A DNA stretch of 64,000 nucleotides. Origin: Amphiscolops sp. MND2022. Lineage: Eukaryota. Position numbers and translations under genes: made by a program. Position 1 is the stretch's first letter; the number at the start of each line of letters is the position of its first letter. This document shows, one piece after another, positions 22,207 through 34,200 of this stretch. The stretch is taken from the NCBI GenBank assembly GCA_964187785.1, contig OZ076413.1:40858001-40922000 (forward strand), given 5' to 3'. The notes beneath the pieces are model-generated. The model did no database searches, was not told the DNA's origin, and saw nothing but the letters and a program-made list of their open reading frames with translations.

Positions 22207-25200
22207 CTGAAACAAAGCTATGTCATGCTGACTAGGCAACCTTATTCGACCAGCCATCAGCCGTAATCTAATTCCATTTTGATACCCTCATGACCTAAAT
22301 TTAGTTTAGGAAAAGAGAATTCTCATTATTGAACTATTAATTTAATGAAGAATAAATGGCAATAATCCAGGGGCGAATTTAGGGGCATGTGTCCCCCTTT
22401 TTGAAAAAAATGTAGTGCCATTGCTCAAAGAGGGGACCCTTCTAGGTTTCACTATAATTTAATATGTAAAAAATAGGCGCTATTCTAAGGAAAAGCCGTT
22501 TTCACACAATCAGCATCCCCCTTAAAAAAATTCTAAAACCGCCACTGCAATAATCATGACCGAGAAGTTGGTGTTGTTGATGAAAACGAAGATTTTAAAA
22601 CAATTTCAATATACGGAAATTCCCCTATTAAAGGACGCTAGTTAAAAATCCTTTTAGCAATATTTCTGCAGCTGCAAAAAAACTTCCAAAAAAAGCTGTC
22701 GGAACGATTGCAATTTAATTGGCTAATACTCGCATTCTTTTTGTCAATGAAATTTCTTCGTTTAGATGTTGCATTAAAACAGCCATGCGGTAATTTATTT
22801 CGTTTTGTTTACTTTTGCTAATGAAATGAAACTACTAATAAAATTCATTCTCGTATTAAGGGGAAAACTGCAGGATTGACCTCTTAACCAAATCCCCTTC
22901 GACTGCCTTCGATGAAGGCTCGCTGGAATTTGTTGTCGTTGGTAACAACAGTTTTGAAACATGAAGACTTGGAACGGAAATGATCGCTTTTATGCTTTTA
23001 TCAAAAGGTTTCGTTGATGAGTTAGTTCTTCATTGATGGATGGCTTGTTCAGTATACCATCTTTGAATAGTTAGTTATCAGGCATTGGGTAAGGAGTAAG
23101 CAACCTTATTCAAGAAGCCGTTAGGGGATGGATCCCTGTCTCTACTGTATGTTTCGTGGAATAGGGTGGCGAATGTGAGAGGGGGCTGTGAGGACGCAGA
23201 GGAAGACTCCACAGGGGGGAACAGAGAGTCAAGGTTGGCAAGAGTGAAGTTCATGATTGCGTTGGTTGTGGCCACACTGGCTGCCATCGAGATGTTGTCT
23301 GGCGGAAAAATCAGGTTGGGTCCAAACACAATAGCTATGTTCATGCTATCCATCTTGTTCAACACGTTGTTCTCAACTACCCTGCAAACAAAGAAAAAAC
23401 TGATTCAAATATGAGGTTTTAGAAACTCTCAACTACTCTGACGTCTCTGGAGTCGCGCTAAACTACTGATGTTCAAATTGTCAACCTCCTCCCCCTATTA
23501 ATTGAATCTCAAGTAGTCTGGCAGCGTAACATTTCTGTTATCCCCGTGAAATTTTTACTACCCAGATAGAGATTAAACCATTTCCTTGTATGAAAACTGA
23601 GTGCTGAAGTTGCATCAGTGTTACGTCACAGCAAAGGTTTGACCATTATTCTTGAACCTGGAGTCGATTAGTTCAAGCAAGCTTTTCCGTGCCGTATCCA
23701 ACGGGTAGTCGGGTGTCGCAAAAGGCTGCCTCAGATAACCTACTGCGGTGTGCTACTACTATTGAGTGCTTCATGAAAGAAACGCGGAAAAAATGCACCA
23801 TCGGCAAGGAGCTGAAATAGTTTGCATCAGCAGAGTCACGTGAAGAACGATACCAGGAGGTTTAAGATAAAGGGGGGTCTTAGGAGTTTACATATGAAGT
23901 GTTTTCTGAAGCGAATGTCCTTGCTCCGGCCGAAAATTGCTACCCTCAAAGTTGCTCCAACATGGACCCATTTTTGTAAAGTAACATGAATGCAGCTTGT
24001 TTGCATAAAGTTAGTCTGTATGACCTATTCCACCAAGTTTCGAGACTTTCTGACGCTTTCCCAGCTTTTCCTAGCCTAACCTTAACACCCTTATCCCTAA
24101 GTCTGGAAAACCAACTTTGTGAAGTTAGCAATATTTTCGCCCCTATGATGCCCTGGCGCAAGAGGAAGTTTCGTCACTTTGGCGCGAAGATCCCTCCTTG
24201 ATCAGCACACTCCTCCCCCGCATAGTCAACGCAACTCCCGCGCAAGTTAATCAACGAGAACCCATGCATTCAGAATAACCTTGACAAGGACACCAGATTC
24301 TATATATTTTACATCCTGAAAACTAAGTTTCGATATTGAAAAAAAAATTATTCAAACATTTCAATAAAAAGAGTGTTAATTTCTTCAATCTCATTTCGAA
24401 TCAGTGATCAACATCTCTAACGTGGTCCACTTCTCTTCGTCGAGTGAAGTACATTATTTGTACATATCGTGAACGGACATTTCGTAACTACAGACACATG
24501 AGCTTGATTGACTTACGTGGCTAAGTGGTTAAATAAGTGACGTATGACCGCTTGATGTGAGGATGGATAGCTGTCGATGATGACTTTCATCTTCTCACAG
24601 ACACCGGAAACGTCATTCTTTTGCTGATGGCCCCCACAGCCTGAAACAACGTCAATTTTCAGAAATTGCTCCTCAACCGAGCACAAAATCACTGCATTTT
24701 CGACCATTTTCACAGGCTCTAATTCGATAAGCCAGACTCTATCACAGCCTGACTGGCAGACCATAGATGATTGTACAGTTTTTGAAATCGGCCAGGGGGC
24801 ATATAATTTCTCATCTCTAGGCCACTCAACGTAAACGTGGCTTCAATCAAAAACTAACCAATTAGGGCCAATTTTTCAGTTGAAAAAACTGTCATTGATT
24901 GATGATGCTCGGAGGTTGGAAAAATTACTCACTGGAACTATTTGGAAACATCAGGGGTGTTTTAATAATTCGCAAAAAGAATATCATTTCCAAAGTCGAT
25001 TTCAGACAAACTTATTGCAAAAAATTGTTTTGAAATTTGTTATCATTTTCATTCAACAGAACTAATCTTGAACAATAACTTCTTCGAGCCAGTTAAAATT
25101 GGGAAGTATACAGCGGTAGTATTGAACGTATAAAAATGAATAGCATCCTGGCTACAGTATCTTAAAAAATATATTTCGCTTGATTAATTTTTCAAACACC

Positions 25201-28200
25201 CTGTTACTTTTTTTAAAAAAAAACTAAACCTTTTCACTTCAATGAAAGAATACGATTAGGTAATAATGACCTTTTACTTTCACTTTCTCTCGAAGGTAGT
25301 TGATGGTCTCAGTGAATGATGCATCTTACAATCAGCTGTGAGTGTTAGGTTAGTGATCAACTGAAGCAATATAACACTGCAGTTGAAGCTTGATATCAGC
25401 ACTTCAGAAAAACAAGCCGGGAACGGCCCAAGTCGGCGCCATATCTAAGGCTCAAAAATAGCAAAAGGACTTCAAAGTGTGAAGTATTCTCTTCTGCAGT
25501 ACCCGCTTGAGGAAAAATTGGAAAAAAATTCCGAACTTTTAAAATTTTTTTTCGAATTTTTTTGGTTTCCGGTAAGTCGCATAGTGCCGAAACATGTAAA
25601 AGGGGGCACTCTGGGAGTCTTTGAACATCCATTTTTTGCAAAATAGACAAAAAAAAATGACGGGTGGACTCTTTGGAGATATTTGCGAAAAAAAAGTCTC
25701 ACAAAGCCGAAAAAAAAATTGCACAAAAAAATTTTGGTCAAGGGCGGGACTCGAACCCATGTCCTTCTGCTTGGCAGACCTCAAAAAAGCCGTAACCTCT
25801 ATGCCAAGTGGCAGTGAAGTAGTGTGGCAGTGAAGTAGTGTGGCAGTGAAGTAGTGTGGCAGTAGTGGTAGTTTAGTGTTAGTCGGTCAACTTATAAAAT
25901 TTATAAAATCTGTCAGTTCGTTGGTCTTAAAAAAGTCACTACTATAGTCTGCGTTTTTCTTCGAAAAGCGCCGACTAAAAATAGTAATCATGAGTTTCAA
26001 TAATGAAAAAAGAAAACTCACGCTGAAATATCAGTCATTTTAGTGCTCAAAACTAATTGTCCGCAAAATTATTTGGATATTTCTAGTCTGCGTAACTAAG
26101 AGCACTTATTCTTCTGTCAACTGTGGAAAAGAAGCAAAGAGTTTTAAAAATGCATGTCTCTCAAAACGCTTTTGTTGATAGGCTGGCTGCCTAAATAAAC
26201 AAGACGAGAACGTCTAAAGTCGGCGCTATATCTAAGGCTCAAAAAACGCAAAACATTTTTTTTGGAAAAAAACTTGAAATTTTCGAAAATTTTTCTCTTT
26301 CGGAAAATGTCGCACAGTGCCGAAAAACGTAAAAGGGGGACCCTTTTTGATTTATAAACATGCATTCTGTTGCAAAATAACAAAAAACTCAAAGGGGGAC
26401 CCTTTAGGACATTTTAAAAATTCGAAAAAAAAGCGCACAGTGCCGAAAAAAATCAAAGGGGGGACCCTTTAGTCTCGGCCGGTTTTGTAGGTTACCTTGA
26501 AAAAGTAAAAAACGAAAGGGGGGACCCTTTGCACTAAGTTTGCCTTGGCCGGACTTGGCGCCTTAGGTGGTTTCAGGATTGTTTCTAGAAAGTGGACCGA
26601 TCAGTGTGAGGATTGTAGTCTGAAGAAAAAAAGGTCACTGCTATAGTCCGGCATTTTTCCTTAAAAGGATAAAGCGCCGACTAAAAATGGGCAAATGAGC
26701 TTTTTGATTTTGGTCTCGATATTGCTGAATGTGTTCGTTTTGAACATTATACAGCAGACAGCTTCGAAGTCTACCTACTATTGCATATACATATACACTG
26801 AGGTACTTACTACTGATGAGTTGTGCAAGCTTTTCATACGAAGAGGAGGGGAAGAGAGAATCGGGCAATTCTCTGAAGTACATCTTTAAGGCACCTGTGA
26901 TCACGTGGATGTCGTTCACTTGTTTCAAGTTGTAGTTCGAGTCTGAAACACAAACGAAACTGTCGCAACTCGTTCACGACGAAATCTCAAATCAAATTAG
27001 GACTTTTGGATTGAACAAAAATTTGGAAAATAAATATTCATGTTTCAAGAGATTACGCTCCCTGTCGCAAAAAGTTCATTCCTTTCCGCAGCAGGAAAGT
27101 TTAGAATGGTTACCTTTCAATGCCCGTATGAGTTTTTGAAGTGATGATAAGAAGACTAACAAGACGGGAGCGTCTCAAGTCGGCGCTAACCTAAGGCTCA
27201 AAAAGCGTAAACTATTCAAAATATTCTCAGGACGTTTTATGAAAAACTCACAAAAAAGTTTCGAAACACTTTCGAAAAACCCAACGACCGAAATGGCGCG
27301 CTTAAAGGGGGACCATTTGGGATTTTTCAACATCCTTCCTGTTGCAAAATATCAAAAAAAATTAGGGGGGGATCATTTGATGCAATCCAAAAATTTTCGA
27401 AAAAAAGTCTGTGCCGAAAAGTTAACAAGACGAGAACGCCTCAAGTCGGCGCTATATCTAAGGCTCAAAAAGCGCAAAACATTTTTTTTGGAAAATGTCG
27501 CACAGTGCCGAAAAATGTAAAAGGGGGGACCCTTTTTGATTTATAAACACGCATTCTGTAGCAAAATAACAAAAAACTCAAAGGGGGGACCCTTTGGGGA
27601 CATTAAAAAAAATTCGAAAAAAAATCTCACAGCGCCAAAAAAAATCGAAAGGGGGGGTACGAAACTTCAGTCCCGTCCGGGCTTGTATGTAACGTTGAAA
27701 AAGTAAATGAATGCGCTCCCCGTTTGCCTTTAGCGGTCCAGTAGTTTAGTACTTATTTAGTAGTTGAACGTTAATTTTAACGTTCGTCGCTTCGAGTCTG
27801 TCTTAAATAAAAAAAAAAAAAAGTGACTGTAATAGTCGGGCTCTTTTCTTAAGAAAAGCGCCGACTAAAAACACCTAGATAGCCAAAGGAACATCTTTAG
27901 GATGTTTTCGAGGTTCTGGACGTCGGTTTGTTTTGGACGAGGTTCTGACGTTTCGAGTTATGTCTTGAACATTCGTAGTTCAGGTTGTTATTTTCCGCCC
28001 ATATTTCATATGGGCAAGAGTAGTAATAGCAGGGGGGGTTTAATGATGTTTTGGGCTCCCAACCGAAATTATTCAAAGTCAGAAACCTATCTCACTTTTA
28101 GGGCTCCCAACCGAAATTATTCTAAGACAGAAACCTATCTCACTTTTAGGGCTCCCGACCGAAATTATTCTAAGTCAGAAAGGTTAAAGTTCATTTTAAC

Positions 28201-31200
28201 CATACCGAGCGAAATGTATGCCAATTGTCATGAATGTTTACTAATGCAAACTAATGATATTAAACTATCGAGCAGACCGACTTATATGTATTTGAAACTT
28301 GAATTGAAAGAAATAGCTTCTTATTCATGCATTAATGCAAAGCAAAGAAATTCACTATAAAATTCTAACCTTTCGTCCTCTGACAGCAGCAGCAATGGGA
28401 ATATAAATAAATTTCCGAAAATGAGACATTGATATATTTAGAAGATAATTCTGATTCCCGAAACTGAAAAAAAAACAGGGCCGGCAGTATCTAGATATCA
28501 CAAACCTAGAAACTGTGCTTTCTACATGGAACTTTCCATTGGCATCTTCCAAAGGAATTTTCCATGTTTACCGTTGATGATACGTGTGATAAGAAAAATC
28601 GTCATTATAACTTGAAATCGTCTCCGGAACAGTTAACAAGCCTTACCACTAGGCGCGAAATGACTTCAGTGTTTCGCGAAATACCGAGTAATTATTGGCT
28701 GCTCTTGTTTTCAACGGAAGAATCCCAAATCTACAGTGATGTCTACGAGAAGGACAGCAACTCAAAATCACCAACAAGTCTTTCCAAATTGCTGGAAACA
28801 CTCTCCAATTCTCACAAATGCCAATTCATTGGAAGAGTTCATACTAAAGAGGACTCCACTAATGGATCGCTGGACGAGTTTTGTGAAGCCATGCCTACAA
28901 ATCATTATCATGTTCTCTTGTACCTCCCACAATCAACTAACGCAGAAACAATGTTGAAACAAACCATTTCACAAGTTTTGTCCAATGAACAATGGGCAAA
29001 GGTACGACTTCTCACAGTTTCGTATCCAGAAAACTTTCTGAAAACAGAGACGTCAACTTTTTGTCATAGATCTCTCATTGTAGAAGGGGAGAGAATGAAG
29101 AGTCTAATGACTCGAAAACAACTGAAAGTTTGGGTTGTAGTTTCAACTGCGTTTGGGAACTTAACAGACACAATTCCTTGGGTGACTGTCCCGATAATGA
29201 AAAGGCTTTATACATTTTCCAAAAGCTCGTGGAACTTGAAAAAAGTGATGCGCCTTTCAAGGATACTGTGATATCTTATATTGAACTTTTACAACGAGGT
29301 ATCGGACGACTTTTTCTATCAGAGCACAGTAGAATATTGGATATTGATCTGGGAGTCTCAAATGCTCAATGCATGTGCTTTGAATGTCTGAACCAACCTT
29401 TGCAACTCGACGAAGCTATCGACAACACACCATCAAGCTCTCAACTGTTTTCCCCTTATAATGACACCATAATCGATACTTCATTTCTGTTAAATTTCAA
29501 TTTGGAAACAGTTGGCTTGTTTTATAATTAATTTCAATTTGAAAACAGTTGGCTTGTTTTACAATTCAAACTTTCAGAGAAACTGTAATGTTTTCTGCGA
29601 GACAAATTTGTGAAAATTTTGTGGCAGTTAACTACTGCTTTCCTAAAAACAGCACCACCAAAAACGCTTTCTTAGCAGTATGTCGTTATATAGACGAGAA
29701 TGTTGATTTGAGGGAAGTTAACCTTAAAGCACCATTCGGAGGCAAGATAGGGCCAGGCGATAGTAAGTTGGATAATTATCTAAAGTTTTCAAAAATTTTG
29801 AGGATGCATGCAATTTTCCATGATGCTTATGGGTACATGCGCAGCTTCGAGGAAATTGGCCCAGGTTACGTCTACACTCTCACAAAGGCTCAGTCTTTCC
29901 ACAACAATATGCTACTAGGACATTTCTCAGGAATATCATATTGGTTATTCGTCAAATTGTTCCATCGAGAGCATTTCGATGCTTTTCCATTTTAACAATC
30001 ATTTGTACTTTGAATATTATTCCGTTCAGTTGCATCCTGAAGAGGAGATATATCAATTTGATTCAAAACTACGCTAGGTTATGAGCGGCCCTGATTTGAG
30101 CCATACTAGTGGCTACTACAGTAACTGGTCGTTGAACAACCGAAGCGATCAAGAGGATCAAATCGATCACGGAAATTTATCGGTTCCGAACCTTGAAAGA
30201 ATCATATTCGACCAAACAGACAACGAAAGACCACCCTACACTTTTTGTTGTTGTAATTCCCGAGTCGAAAGGTCGCTGGTGTTGGTCTTTACATTATTTC
30301 ATACTCATTGCAGTTTTTACGTTCTGTATTCTTTTCCTAACTCTTTGTGAAAACGACAACAAAGTTTCCTCCGGGATTCTAGCGATTCTATCAGCTTGCA
30401 TAGGTCATATTTTACCTGGTCCAAAGTCATGAACTAGAGAATCAGTACAAATCCTCATTGTTTCATTTCTGTGGTGGGTCCAGCTGGTTCTGGCAAGACA
30501 CGATTGATTGGAAGGATGATTTGCAACCAGGAAAAAATTTTTCGCCCTGTCTTTGACAAAATACTATACTTTTTTAAACATTACCAGGAACCGTATAGAC
30601 AACTTGAAACAGAATGCCTTGCCAACAAAGTTGATCTGCAACTCATTCAAGGCTTGGAGTGGAATGCGGTCGAGCGAGGAGAAATCTTGAAGCAACATAC
30701 TCTCGTCGTTATAGACGACATGTATGACGAAGCTGCTAACAGCAAGGAGTTTTTGGACCTAGTGATCGCTGGCCGTCATCGCAACGTTCACTTGATGGTG
30801 TTACGGCACAATCTTTTCCAACAGTCCAAATACTCAAAGACGATTGATTTGAATGTGACTCAAATTGTTCTATTCAATAGTCCAAGAGATTCTGAACAAA
30901 TTGGAATTTTGGGACGTCAACTGGGCGAGCGTTCTACTCTACTGAAGGTCTATAAAAGAGCGACTCAAGAAGCATTTGGTCATTTACTGATAGATTTGGA
31001 TGTGAGGAGCAGCAGGAACCTCAGATACTGCTCACATTGCTCTGGCGACGAACCATCCCATTTTTATTGCGCGAGAGACGAACTTTTCATCTCAATCAAT
31101 GATGAATTTACAAAATTACTATACAGTTGATTTATATCTAAAGTTTTCACCTACATTGAAAAAAATTTTCATTTTACATTGTCCAGATAACATATTGAAG

Positions 31201-34200
31201 TTTTTCTGTGACTGTGTTTTCAACGTTGTAAAGGGAAAAGTCAAGCTAGACAAAAAGTTGCAAGAAAAAGCTGTTTTCCTGGCACGTGAGAAAGTGAATC
31301 TAGAGAAAATTTGTTCGAAACGCCGAGTTGCCTTGAAGCGAAAACGCCAAGTATTGGGCTCAGAGAGAGGTTTGCGTCTGTTGAAATTGATTTCGCCCTC
31401 GGTACAAATTCATTTGAAAAGTTGCCATGGAATCGAACAGTAGCCTGCGTGACCTTATCTTAATCACTCACGAAGAGTACATTTCTCTTAAAAGACAAGA
31501 GAAAACACCAGACGCACGTGAGAAGCAAAAACAGCATTTACTTTCAAAGTTTGCCGAAGCTACTCAAACTAATTTTGAACCCATTGAAGAAAACCAGTTC
31601 AAAACTATCAATACAGCCAAAGAATTACCTGAAGACTCATTAGTTGCCCAGTTGAACTTGAATTCACGATACCATTCGGGAGACTCGAGCACTTCGAACA
31701 CCGTAGAGACAAAACAATCGTACAAAAACCCATCTGATCAAGTTTTGTCAAATTTACTACAATCTGGCGTGACCGGTGGAAAAGTTGAAAGGTCGAGACA
31801 AATTTTAAAAAAGATTGAAGATTGCGAACGAACTACGATAGATGAAACAAATCAAACCATCAATTTAGATCAACAAGACACGGGAGTAAGTGTTGTAGAG
31901 TTTCTCTCAGCCAAAGAAAAGAAGTCAATACGAAACAATTGCCAAAGAAATTTCTCACCCTGGTTGAAGTTCTCAGAATTCCACAATTTCTGCTGGCAAA
32001 CACCTACGCGAGACAGACAAGCAATCAAAATCAGCATCAAATTCGCTTAGCGAGCGGAGCGTCTCCCTACAAAAGGCTAAAACTCGACACAGAACAGGGT
32101 AGCAGCAGTCAGTGGTTGACAAATTTTTAGAATGAAACGGTGGTTTTGTGGATCTTGTAAAACGCCTCTGGGTAAAGGATCCAAAACATCTCCCTCACTT
32201 TGGTGTCATGTCTGCGGTTGGGTGCATTTCAAATGCAGCGGTCTCGAGAACAGCAAGGAATACAACGACAACTTTTTGTGCTCTAAGTGTGATCGAAGCA
32301 GAATTCTACTCAGTGACGAAACTGACCGTGATTATGCTACTTCCTTCACGAAAATTCACGAAAGTTATACAAATCCTAGGAGTAAAGCAGCTTTTGGAAG
32401 CAGACGCAACTTGGTAACAACTTCCCAATGCTCTTCCAAAAATGTAGATCGATACCTCAATTCGAGCGAAACGTACACAAAATTCAAACTAACCAGGAAA
32501 CGTTTCTTGAGATTGAAAGTTGTCAGTTATAGGTTGAATGAAATTTGGTCAGTTGATTTGGCCGATATGCAAAAACTCGCAGCTAACAACAGCGGAATTA
32601 GATACCTGTTTGTGGCAGTAGACGCCCTAAGCCGTTATCTCTGGGTGGAACCCCTCAAAGTTAAAACATCACAAGCTTGTAAAGAAGCTCTAATGAGGAT
32701 CATTGTCAAAAACGGAAAGCCTCCAGTGCCAAAAATTTGCAGTGCAACGCTTCAGCCTGAGAAGATTTGGGTAGACAAGGGCCGCGAATTTTCTGGAGAG
32801 TTTGCCAGTTTTTGTCGGTCAAAAGATATTGTAATTTATTCCACCAAAAGCGAAACAAAGTCTGCACTAGCGGAAAGAAATATTCGATCGCTCAAATCAT
32901 TGATCTTCAAGTACATGCACGAGCATGACCGTAACACTTACATTGATGAAATTGATCAGTTTGTTTCCATCATTAACCGTCGCGCGAACCGCATGACAAA
33001 GTTGGCTCCCGCTTCAGTCTCCAAAAAAGACGTGCCCTACTTAGTATCGCTTTGTCACACCAATGTTCTGCGGCAACCAAAATTCAGAATTGGCGATCAA
33101 GTTCGAATTCGACGCAAAATTGATACATTTCATCGAGGCTATAAGATACAATTCACTGAAGAGTTGTTCACTGTAACTTCGATTCCCACTTGCAACCCTC
33201 CCACTTACACTGTCAAGGATAGAAATAACGAAATTATACAGGGCAAGTTTTACGAACCCGAACTCGTGAAGTTTGTAGTACCATCCTAGTCTGAAACCAA
33301 TCGGAGACATGGCCAGAACAAGCAACCGAGGCGGTCAAGATTTTACGATGAACCTAGTATCGAACGCGTCCATGACTACTTTTCCCGGAAACTCTGTCAA
33401 ACTTCACGACGCTGTTACCAACAACAATGTCCTTGCCTGGCGATTGGCAAGTGGCACTGGTTGAAATTGCTTGGCCGGCAATGGTCCAAAACGTTACTGT
33501 TGGAGAGTTTACACTCTCAAAAAAAGTGCCGGCTTTGCCAGTTGAAAAATATCCTAGGCATCACAAACACGGTTTGATCTCGATGACAGTCCCCTCTGCA
33601 TTAACCCAAATACCAAATTACAGTGAACCTGTAACGCTTTGTATAAAGCCCGGTTGTTACCCATCGGTCGACGCAATAATGAAAGCCATCATGAAAGCTG
33701 CTCTGGGCAAGAAAGATGGCCAATTGAACGCAACTCCTCGGACGAATGACTCTTTTATGTCTTGGAAAATTGATAGTGTAACTAGACGATTACATGTCAA
33801 GTCGAGCGCAATTGCTGAAAACGAAGCATTCAAAATTATGGCAGTCTCGGACGATTTAAAAAACATTTTGGGCACCGATGTAATCATCGATTGTCAATCA
33901 CAAATTCGTCACGAAACTGAAGCTTCTGACCAAATTGCTTCAGGAATTGCCAAAGTTGTGAAACAAGTCGGACGGTGGCCCATCGATCTGAATGCCGGTA
34001 GCCACACAATGTTTCTCTATTGTGATCTTGTACAAAACGAGACGCTGGGCGACACGCAGACGGCACTCCTGAGGTCCATTCCCCTCAAGAGTATAACTTT
34101 GGCGCAAACTATGGGTGAAGTGAATCACAAGAGCTTCACAAACTTGCAGTGGAAGCGAATCGTCAAACCTCAATTTCAGTCAATCAGTCTAACCCTCTCC

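Noticed and set aside
21923-22210. Plus-strand 95-aa ORF (also 23166-23414)
   Set aside because: Antisense shadows of RhoGAP exons.
23420-24330. Possible retroelement remnant in a RhoGAP intron
   Set aside because: No termini, TSD or recognisable protein motif found.
25736-25812. Functional tRNA gene
   Set aside because: A/B boxes are present, but there is no coherent acceptor or anticodon stem and an internal T6 run; treated as a SINE/tRNA-derived fragment.
27902-28360. 152-aa ORF with repeated RAPNRNYSK peptide (and 42070-42282)
   Set aside because: Translation of the Maverick TIR 48-bp subrepeats, and the ORF crosses the element boundary.
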